Of a DNA stretch of 35,186 nt, positions 12,109 to 21,827 are shown in pieces. How positions within the stretch are numbered: the first letter of the stretch is position 1; each line of letters begins with the position of its first letter. The notes beneath the pieces were generated by a model that worked only from the letters and a program-made list of their open reading frames with translations, had not been told where the DNA came from and did not search any database. This DNA is from Catajapyx aquilonaris (taxonomy: Eukaryota), in NCBI GenBank assembly GCA_000934665.2, contig JYFJ02000986.1, positions 62,001-97,186 on the forward strand, read 5' to 3'. Position numbers and translations under genes: made by a program.

Positions 12109-12613
12109 AAACTTCAAAATGTGTTCTTTCGTTCTATGTCTGCACACCGAATTAAGCAACTTTCAAATGTTGACAACCATGTTGACAAATGTTGACACCC
12201 TGTACTTATGCTTTATATTGAGTACAGTGCCAAAATCGCTAACAAACTGTTACTGTCAAGATATTATGACAGTTTCAAACACACCCATCCTGGCCCTCAG
12301 GCTTCCCTGCGAGCAGAGAAGTCGCTTGGGTAGCTCTGTAATGTCAGGATGATGAAGATAACATCGGGGGAGGTTTCCCCATGTCGCGGCTCATTCATTG
12401 CATGTAGTATACAAGTACACAGTACTTGTATCTTACACTTGAGTCACAGTTCCAGTAATAATACTTTTATATTAATTGAAACATGCCGTACATAAAAAAG
12501 AATCAGTGATGTGGCGTCACAAGGTCTAATATTGTTGTAATTTATTGAAGAACTTCCTAGTCTGAATGGCCTACAATATTTACATACTATATTTTTTGTG
12601 TTGTTGTTTTCAG

Positions 12614-12637
12614 AATTAATTGGATGTTAAACGCCTC
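12614..12637 (+). other. Candidate 24-nt micro-exon
   Basis: T-rich acceptor ttttttgtgttgttgttttcag, 24 nt, then GTAAGT; one open frame (INWMLNA). Confidence 0.3.
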
Positions 12638-13709
12638 GTAAGTTATGGAAGATAAAAGTGTCTTTGCATGGGATGAAATGATTTTCCCTCAGTAATCTGA
12701 AGTAGACCGGACACACCATACGAGACCTTGATAATACTGTCATTTTCGTGTACAGCCCATATTTTTGGATCAAAAATTTCTCAGTAAATCTTACTCAAAT
12801 GGCAGATTGTAAAACTTCTATAAGCCGAATCTCCATGGGACCCGGAAAAAACTTCGAGTTATAAAATATTCGAGTTAGAGAAGTTTGGATTTTTTAAAGC
12901 ACAGAACTCTATAAGGAAGCCTACCTTCATATGCAGAGACGAAAGGTGTTCAAAACTTAAAAATAACTGTCACTATCACACGTACAGTGTTCCTCGTTGT
13001 TTTGTTGTCAAAAAAACTCCATTATCGACATTTGCCTCCTCTAAAATTCAAGGATTCAATTGTCACAATCGAGTCAAACACTTCTTTCGGTACGTCTGAT
13101 AGACGGAGATCAGCATATTGAAGCCTTTCTGTCAGCTTTCTGTACATGTCTGTACTCTGGACCCTTCGGCTGGGAAATGAGAAAATTTTCCGTACTCGCC
13201 AACATGAACTTGGACTTAGGGAGACTGAAAATGCATTGATATCCCATCGAAAGGCCCTGCCTGCACTTGGAGTTATGGAGAACTTCGAGTTATAGAAATT
13301 CGAGTTAGGGAAGTTTATTTCCTATTATTTTACATTGTGACCAACCAAGCTCGTCATTTTCTTAGACTTATAGAGAACTTCGACTTAGTGAAGTTCGACT
13401 AAGGGCCGGTTGCACCGGTCGCGGTATATGGGAAGGTATATGGAAGAACCCTGCACCGCGGGTACACGGTATATACCATGAAAAACCGCGGGTTTATTCC
13501 ATAGCGTTGCACCGGTCCAGATAAACGCGGGGTATTCGGTAGTACGCTGGCTCATGAGAGACGTAAGCAGGCAAAAATTTTGGAGAGCGCTGATTGGATC
13601 GCAGCACCCGTGACGTCACGGTGACGTCATGGAAGTATGGCTAGTCGTCTAGTATCTACGGTAACCATGTGGCAGGGGTGCCAATGGTGTCACACAGTAC
13701 ACGAAATCC

Positions 13710-14002
13710 CAAAGAGTTCTGCTATATTATATATATACACCTAGAGGAGGTACTCGGCCTGAAAGGTGAGGCAGGCAACAATACAGGCAACAATATTACC
13801 TCCAACAAGATGGCGGACGCCTGACATTATTTGAACTAATTGTCGCCCAGTTGTCATTATTGGTTGTTGTCCCAGTTGCTAGACAACTGTTAGAACAACA
13901 ATATTACCTCCTACAAGATGGCGGCTACCTCAGCCTGTCTAATGGAAAAGGATAAGGAGTACCTCCTCTAGGTATTATATTATATAATAGCAGAACTCTT
14001 TG
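13710..14002. mobile_element. P-element-like (or hAT) MITE with 8-bp TSD
   Basis: TIRs caaagagttctgctat / atagcagaactctttg; TSD CGAAATCC at 13702-13709 and 14003-14010. Confidence 0.85.
13740..13972. mobile_element. Innermost MITE of the 12807-14255 nest
   Basis: cctagaggaggtactc / gagtacctcctctagg inverted ends inside a TA-rich tract; internal direct repeat caacaatattacctcc.acaagatggcgg twice. Confidence 0.7.
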
Positions 14003-14318
14003 CGAAATCCCTAGCACCAGTCCGCAACCACGACAACACCATAAACCCGCGGTATAAGCAACTTGTGCTGCAGGATCGGCGGGTAGATGGATCCGGCGGT
14101 AAATGGGAGGGAGAACGGGCCGTTTTAGAAAAACCGTAGGTGGCGCAACACTTCTCTCGGTATATCGGAGTGAAAACCCGCCGTTTTCCATATACCGCGA
14201 CCGGTGCAACCGGCCCTAAGGGCCAGTGCAACTGGCCCTTATGGAAGTTTTACTGTATTTCCAGAGAATATCTCATTCTGCTGTTTTTTCTAATTAGAGT
14301 TCTTTATACGTACAGTAA

Positions 14319-14428
14319 CAGAGACCCACTTACACAGGAGGAAGGGAACTCCCGGGCGGGGATCGAACCCGGGACCTTCCGCACAGCAAGCCGAGACCTT
14401 ACCATCTCGGCCACCACGCCTCCCCGCC
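14319..14428 (-). mobile_element. tRNA-derived SINE head (related to family A), 3'-truncated
   Basis: Minus strand: A box tggccgagatggtaa, B box ggttcgatccc; begins gggaggcg like the 16932 copy. Confidence 0.8.
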
Positions 14429-16396
14429 ATGTATAATAGTGAATTACAAATAAACATTTTGAATGATGTAGCAGGAATTTGTTAAATAACAATGCACACG
14501 TTGGATATGATTGAATTACCATATGAATGCAACTATATAGTTACGCTTTGCTAATACAATACCGTATATTAAATCCTAATGCTAAATTTTTAAAAGTCCA
14601 AAACATCACATATTTTATGAGGTGCTGCTACTCCCCGCCCCTACCTGCACTGCCTAAAACTCTCAAAAGGGAAGGAATGCGGTATCAAAATATAAGAAAT
14701 AATATTATGCTAATATCTAACTGTCAAATTGTCCCTTGAATTATTTTTTTGCCTCCTGAAATAAGAATGCTACACGACGTGCAGTTTCAAGTTTCCTTAC
14801 CTAGGCTTCCAAAATTCTCGTGTCCCGTTGTTGCTATCGCAGCAAAAATATTTCAGATAGGGAAACTGTACCCTCGTTAATTGGAGTTGAGGGCCTCTGC
14901 TGTAACTCATTGGAGGTGGAGAGCCATATGTCGCTGTTTCCCCTCCTCAAAATGCCTTAAATACTTTGCCCTAGTCGTAATTATTATGAGTCTGCGGGTC
15001 ATCCTAGCTTGCTACAAACTTCATTATCCTTTGTATCGTTTCGGCTCAACGAGCAAGAACTAAATTTGAGCGCAATTACGCCATTTTTATTGCCACGTCC
15101 TCCCCCCTCCCTCCTCTCCGATGTCATTTCCGCCTCGCTCAAATTAATGGTGATGATGATAACGATTAGCGCCCATTGTCAGGCCGACATTGCAACCGGA
15201 ATATCGTGTTTCTAATTACTACAATAGTAATTCTAACTTGACAAGCTGCAGTCCAATGAGCCGCGAAATTATTTTGCTCGCGTCCGGGCCTATTGTTCAC
15301 TCGACTACATGGAAATTCTCCCCATGTACAAACTTGCGTATGTAAATAAATTTTCGGATATAACACTACACCCCTCCCCTGTTTCCAGGGACCGGAAAGT
15401 GATGGATTAGCTTCGCAAGGGCATAAGGGATAACCAATTTATTACCTGTTTGGGATGATGGCCTGGACCACTAGCTAGTGACGAGGACACACGTTCTCAT
15501 AACCTACAGTATCAATACGCTACGGGTGATGATGATTACGCAAGTCATATTTTCAGTTTTTCACAAACATCTCGTTGAAACCAATTATCAGGCCTCTGCC
15601 GTCACATGTGAGCCAGTAACCGCAACTGGACCGTTTATGACTGGACATCAAATGAATTGTCCCCAAATTTCAACTCCCCGGTCGGTCAATCCGACGGATT
15701 ACTCACGAGTAGTATAACTACATGATTTCTCAGTGAATTCTGGCATTAGAGCTTTGTAGCTAGCAAGCTAAGGGCTCCACAAGATGTGAAAAGTGCACCT
15801 TTCATGGTGCTTCTTAGAGTTCAATCATTAAAACTATTTTCGGCTAGCCTACAGTAAAACCTCGATATGACGCTCCTGCATATTATAACGATTTCCCGCT
15901 TTTAACGCTCCTTTATCTGTCCCTTGATCAGCCCCATAAGGCCCAATGGTAAATTTTCCCGCTTGTAGCGCTTTCCCGCATATACCGCTCGGTATCCCAG
16001 GAAACGTATTCCGCATATAACGTCACAATCAAATAGTTCTGATATAATATAATTATAATATATATAATATATTAAACAGGGTGATCAAACTTTTTTGTCG
16101 TTTTAGTCATTGACAAATTCGGCCTTAGCTGCTTATATTGTAGCCGTGGCTAGCCACCAGTTGTTGAAATCATAAATCGGAAATAACAACAGTTGATATT
16201 AGGGATTAAGCAACGCGAAACAAATGAAGATCGATTCGAATGCTGGGATATGCGCGAGATTCCGGAAACCACACCACTTCGCTCAGGGCCGGAGCCACGC
16301 GACCGTGAGCCATTGTGTGCCTTCCGGAATATTCCGGAATCCACACACCATGGCTTGCGGTCGGACGGTCCGGGTCATGGTTTGAGACCGGCAGCC

Positions 16397-16784
16397 CAGT
16401 GGTGTACCAGGGGGGGTCCGCCCCGGGTGCTAGCCCCGGGGGGGTGTCGACGTGTCGTCAAGGAAGCAAAAAATTATATTTTTCATAAACTTTTGTGAAC
16501 GTTGTATCAACGTTCCACGAAACACAATTTGTCCACTGAACAAGAATGAAGGAGACGGGGTTTTCCAGGATTTTCCTCCTAAAACCTGTTCGAAATAGTG
16601 TCATTTGTCACATGGCCTACTTGTAGCCAAATTCGGGCCCCATCCAGTTTTTAAAAGAATTCCCCCCAACCCCCCCTCCCCCCCCATTCGAACTCGATGG
16701 GGGAGGGGGGTACACGGTTGACGGCGGGGTGATAAATTATAGTTACATCCGCCCCGGGCACCAAATGCCCTTGGTACGCCACTG
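16397..16784. mobile_element. hAT-like MITE
   Basis: cagtggtgtacca / tggtacgccactg termini, subterminal gccccggg repeats; TSD degenerate. Confidence 0.75.
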
Positions 16785-16931
16785 CCGCAGGGTCCGCTGG
16801 TGTAATAGGCCAAAGTAACTTCTCCCTTTGGCCCGGACATTGCAACATGAGCTGACAAAATATAATACAAAACGACGCTACAAAAGTGCATCAGGCTTGT
16901 ATGACCAGGATAGTTTTTATTTCGCCTTTTC

Positions 16932-17288
16932 AGGGAGGCGAAGTGGCGCTGCGGTAACGTATGCGCCCACGGATGTTAAGGTCCCGGGTTCGATCCCAAC
17001 CCGGGGACACCCCCTTCATCTCGTGCAGAGTTCGTTGGGGGTCACCTCTGGCTTCGTCTCGGGTGGTATTTCCTACAGACTAAACCACCCGGGGGAGTTC
17101 ACTAAAAATGGCCTTGTTTAAGACATTGCACTGCCCCTTGCACATCCCCTCCTGTCATCCTGCCCGTGGGCCCGGGCGTTACGTATAAAGGCTCCGATGT
17201 ACACGACAAATTAAAATAAAGGTCCGTGCTACATACCTCCGTCGAGGTCAAGCACTACCCCGGATTATTATATTATTATTATATATTA
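16932..17288 (+). mobile_element. Full-length tRNA-derived SINE, family A
   Basis: A box tggcgctgcggtaa, B box ggttcgatccc, (TTA)-rich tail; 14-bp TSD tatttc(g/a)ccttttc at 16918-16931 and 17289-17302. Confidence 0.9.
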
Positions 17289-17870
17289 TATTTCACCTTT
17301 TCGCTTCCGGAATATTCCGGAAGCCACACAATGGCTCACGTCCGCACGACCGGGCGACTGCCGCCGGATTCCGGAATCTTGCGAAACGCGCCCACCACAA
17401 TTTTATTGTCATATCTCTCGACTGATTCATATGTTGGCCCTGAAAGGGGCCGGTTCGGGTGTTTGCTGGAGGGTTTTACAGCAGGTGCTCAAAGTTGCCC
17501 CATCCTCGGCGCCGCTGGCAGATCCAGGTAGGGCTGTGCGGTTATTGAATTTGGATACCGGTTATCGGTTATTGAAATAACCGCGGTTATAACGGGTTAG
17601 CGGTTATTTTAGAATAACCTGTTATCTTCACAGGAGAATTGATAAATAACACATGAGATCTGAGCAAGTGAGACATCTACGAGTATAATGTGCTATACAA
17701 ACTAAAACTACAAATTACCACCTTGGCTTACCCAGGGCAGGCTCTATAATAGGGGTGTGCGACCAGTGCTACCGCACAGGGTGCACGGGCAGATGCGTGG
17801 GCCTGTGGGCGGCCTGGTGATGCTCACTCACAACTGGTTAATCGGACTAACCGGTTAGTGCAATAACCCT

Positions 17871-20800
17871 AACTAGACCTACTAGACCCTAACTAGACCT
17901 ACTCTGTTTCCAGGAGCCTCACTTACCCTCCATCAGAAATAAGCTGCGTTACAGCACAAATGTGCGCTCTGGGGACAAAGTGGCACTAGTTGTCATCAAT
18001 CAGACGATTCGGGTGGTTCTGTTGGAAGCTTTTTCTAACTCTTGCATCAAGACGTTCCGAATCGCCTATGGTCAGACTGAGTTTACCTTGGTGAATGTTT
18101 ATCTACAATCAGACAAAGATATCCATGAAGCCCTGCATCATCTTAACATTATTTCTCGTGGCTCTGCCGGGTCTGGGGTCGTCATAGTAGGCGATTTCAA
18201 CGCCCGTAGCTTGTACTGGGGTGACGTTAAGGACAACGCCAGAGGGCTGGCTGTTATGGAATGGGCAGCCCGAGGAGACCTTCAACTTGGGAATGACCCT
18301 GATCAAGGCCCAACCTTCGAGACTGGGAATGGGCTCAGTTGGATCGACCTAACCTGGACTCGCTGTCTTGACCTGAATGAGTGGAGGGTGCTTAAAACCG
18401 AAACCCTTAGCGACCACAATGGTATTGTGTTCCGACTTGGAGGAACTACTTCTCCCCCTCAATTGCTGCGTTGGTCACTAACCAGGGCTCGCTGGGACTT
18501 CTTTGAGGGCACTATTTCCCGCTGGGCGGCGGAGAAACCCTTGCTAACTAACATCACAGAAGAGGAGGTGGAGGAATTGGCGTCTGAGTTCCAGCGTACC
18601 TGAGTGGAGGCTGCCATGTTCGCCATTCCCCGGCACCCCACCCGCCAGCAAGCTTCTTGGGCTTGGACCCCCGAACTCACTCGACTCCGTCGGATTGCGC
18701 ATGCTACGCAAAGAAGCTGGCAGGCCGTGAGGGAACTGGACACTGAATTGGAAAGGGTCAGACTGGAGTGCTATCGTCGGGCCAGGAACAACTTTAAACA
18801 TGCCCTCCGCAAGCATAAGATCATTAGCTGGCGCCGTTATTGTGAGGTACATTCTGATGCAAACCCCTTCTCACTGCCCTACAAAATTCTTCGGGGGAAG
18901 TTTGGCCGTAGGATTGAAGGGACCAGAGGCCCAGCTGTCTCGTTAGCCGACATTGGAGCCGCTACGATTGACAGCTACTTCCTGAGGGATGATGGTTCCT
19001 AGCAGTCACACTCCAGTGTCCACGAGAACACCCATTATGATCCTTCGGATCCTCCTTTCACCGACGGGGAGCTCTGTGAAACTGTGCGGAGCATGTCTTG
19101 CAACAAAGCTCCAGGACCAGAGGATCTTCCTTTAGCTTGCCTGCCCCACATCCTTGCGGCTTCAGCTGAGTTTTGGCTGAGGCTGCTCCGGGCCCTGCAA
19201 CGACTTGGCGTCTTCCCCGCCTCGTGGAAAACGTCTCGTCTTGTACTCATCCCTAAAGGGGATGGGGGCACCCGTCCGCTTTGCTTTGCCCCTGCCCTGG
19301 GTAGGGTGCTTGACCGACTCATCAATCAACGTCTTACGCATTGGGCAGAACAACAAGAGAAACTAGATGAACATCAGTACGGGTTTCGTAAGCAGAGGGG
19401 AGTGGTGGAAGCAGTGGAGGCGCTTGTGAGCAAGATCAAAGAAACTTGGGCCCAGGATTGGCATTGCCTGCTTATTACTCTTGACATTAAGAACGCTTTT
19501 AACAGCGTCCTTCACGAAAGGATAACGACGACTCTTCTTAATGCACGTTGCCTTAGGGGACTGTTTAGGATGGTGGAGGGGTTCCTCGGTCCTCGCCAGC
19601 TCATCTGTGACTGGGGCTCTCATACGATGGAGAGGAGCTGTCCGCAGGGTTCCAGTCTGGGTCCCTTGCTGTGGAATCTTGCCATGAACGGCTGGTTTGG
19701 AACAATGAGGGAGGTGGGCCTGAACCGGGTGCATGTTCAAGCTTACGCGGATGACCAAGTTTTGCTGATTTCTGGCCCCTCCGTTGACAGAATCCAGGAG
19801 ACGTGGCTTAAGGTGGAGCCCATTTTGCGGAAGTGGTCTGCCTCGCTTGGGCTCGACTACAATAAAGCGAAGACAGAGGCCATGTTTCTGCCATATCACA
19901 AGTTAACACAAAAGCCCAAACTGTTCTTTCAAGGATTACCCATTGACCTAGGCTACTCTGTGAGGATCCTCGGCCTGTATTTGGACTGCAAGCTCTCTTG
20001 GCTTCCCCATGTGAAGAAGGTGGCAGCTAAAGTACGCAGTGTGTCATCTCGTCTCTGGAGCGCTGCAGGACAGAGATGGGGCCTGGCACCTAGGAGTAGG
20101 CTTCGAATCCTGACTTCCGCAATACTTCCCATGTTATTGTATGGGGCCGAGGTCTGGGGCTATCGGACAAAGGTTAAGAAGGGCAGTACGGACCTGTTAT
20201 CTGCCCTTCGCCCTTTCCTTTTGGCGGCCACCAGGTCTTACAGAACCACGCCCAGTCATTTGCTTTGGGTCCTTACTGGCACCGTGCCTCCAGCACTTCA
20301 GGCCAATGCCATTTGGGAGGCCCGTACGATATCTCAAGCCGAAGCTGCACGGGGACTTGTGAGACTACCAGTTCCTATGAAGGACTCTCCTCCACCATGG
20401 AGATGGGTGAGGCCCAACATCTGTACCTGGGAAGGGGCGCCTGCTGCAGTAGATCTTCTACTGTTCACGGACGGCTCGGTCATGAGGAGGGGAGTTGGAG
20501 GCGCTGTGGTGGTCATGGATGGCGAGGAGCAGGTCATCAACTACGAGAACACCCCTTTCATTGCACCAATCGGGATCTTTGACGTAGAGCTTGCCATGAT
20601 TGTTAGGGCCTTGGAGATTGCCATCTCTTCTGCACCGAGGAATTCTGTTTGGGTGATCTCTGATTCTATGTCGGCGCTTCAATCAGTGGTGAACCCCCGA
20701 TCCTCTCACGGACTAGTCCAATATGCACAGAGACTCTTGAGAGAAGCTAGCCAGGACATTAGTCTCCATTGGGTTAAAGCGCACCAGGGGACCCTAGGAA

Positions 20801-21570
20801 ACGAACTGGCCGATCAGGAGGCCAAGAAGGCCACGTTGCTTTCGGTGGGTCGCCGTTTCCTGCCGGAATCATCCCGGAGTATTCGTCGCCGTGAATTCCG
20901 TACGGCGTTGGAAACCTGGCAACAGGGATGGGAGCGTTGTCGGAACGAGTGCTATTTTGGCTTCTTCCCGGCCGTATCCATCAACAGACACATACACGGC
21001 CACCTTGCCAGAATCATCTCAGGTCACGGGCCCTATAGGGCATACCTGCGTCGCTTTCACCTTCGAGAGTACAAGGAGAGTGGAGTTGACGAGGAGAAGG
21101 GGGACAGTACGATTGCAGACCGCTGTCCGTGCAACGGAGGGGTGCAGTCTGCGAGGCACATCATTTGGGACTGTTCTCTTCCAGAGGTGACAGTGGCCCG
21201 ATGGGATTTGCTTCGAACTTCGGTGTCCAAGGGGTTTGGCTGGCCCTGTTCCAGAGATGCGCTCGTTTCGGATCAGCTGCTCCCTACCTTCAACCAATTC
21301 TGCCTGGTGGCGGACCACTTATTATCGCAGATGAATGCTGGTAGGGGTCGGAGACAACAGCAGTATGAAGAGCATGATGCCTCCTGAACAGAAGAAGACG
21401 TACAGAAGAAGACGGCCTGGTGATCCTGCTGTTGTTAATTGTTGATTAATGTAGATTTGTTTTATGACCTATGGCTTTATGTATGTTGAGGAGATTTGTT
21501 CATTTGAATAAATAGCGGGAAACGGGCTGTAGGACTTGAAAAGGTTAGGACAGCCCTCATCCCCTTTTCC
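17871..21570 (+). mobile_element. 5'-truncated non-LTR retrotransposon (R1/LOA-like, RNase H-containing)
   Basis: Exact 14-bp TSD agtgcaataaccct at 17857-17870 and 21571-21584; contains ORF2 and a 183-bp 3' UTR with AATAAA at 21507. Confidence 0.93.
17893..21387 (+). pseudogene. LINE ORF2 (AP endonuclease, reverse transcriptase, RNase H, CCHC knuckle), N-truncated with two in-frame stops
   Basis: ORFs at 17962, 18604 and 19084 share one frame, split by TGA (18601) and TAG (19000). APE motifs DLLCFQEP, GDFNA, IDLTW, SDH; RT motifs KAPGPE, QYGFR, LDIKNAF, PQGSSLGP, YADD; RNase H motifs FTDGS, SDS, WVKAH, GNELAD; C-terminal CPC...HIIWDC. Confidence 0.95.
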
Positions 21571-21660
21571 AGTGCAATAACCCTCTTGCAATAACCGGTT
21601 ATTTCATATAAAATTAACCGGTTACCCGGTTAACCCACAGCCCTACACCCACCCACCCAG

Positions 21661-21827
21661 CACCCACCCACCGGCTTTTGTGCGGGAGGAGCGGCAATCG
21701 GTTCGACACCCTCACGTGTAGGGGTTGCCTAGGTGGCAGGATATGAACCCGACATTGCGCGCTGAGCACGAGGCGACCTTGCTAAACCGATTGCCGCTCC
21801 TCCCGCACAAAAGCCGGTGGGTGGGTG
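21661..21827. mobile_element. Small GC-rich MITE with 43-bp perfect TIRs
   Basis: cacccacccaccggcttttgtgcgggaggagcggcaatcggtt and its reverse complement at 21785-21827. Confidence 0.85.

Larger units (their letters stand above)
13403..14216. mobile_element. PIF/Harbinger-like MITE
   Basis: Perfect TIRs gggccggttgcaccggtcgcggtatatgg / ccatataccgcgaccggtgcaaccggccc; TAA TSD (13400-13402, 14217-14219). Confidence 0.92.
12807..14255 (-). mobile_element. pogo/Tigger-like deletion derivative carrying nested insertions
   Basis: Ends gtaaaacttctataag / cttatggaagttttactg TA; repeated ttcgagtta motifs; minus-strand remnant SDVPKEVFDSIVTIES...RRQMSIMEFF at about 13011-13110. Confidence 0.8.
17529..21645. 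mobile_element. hAT-like MITE rich in GGTTA/TAACC motifs, host of the LINE insertion
   Basis: tagggctgtgcggtta / taacccacagcccta termini; many ggtta/taacc subterminal repeats on both sides of the LINE; no TSD seen. Confidence 0.75.

Noticed and set aside
14350..14428. tRNA gene
   Set aside because: A and B boxes are present, but there is no clean cloverleaf or T-run terminator, and it continues into SINE body sequence.
18601..19002. Programmed stop-codon readthrough in LINE ORF2
   Set aside because: Both stops are simply explained by single point mutations in a dead, 5'-truncated copy.
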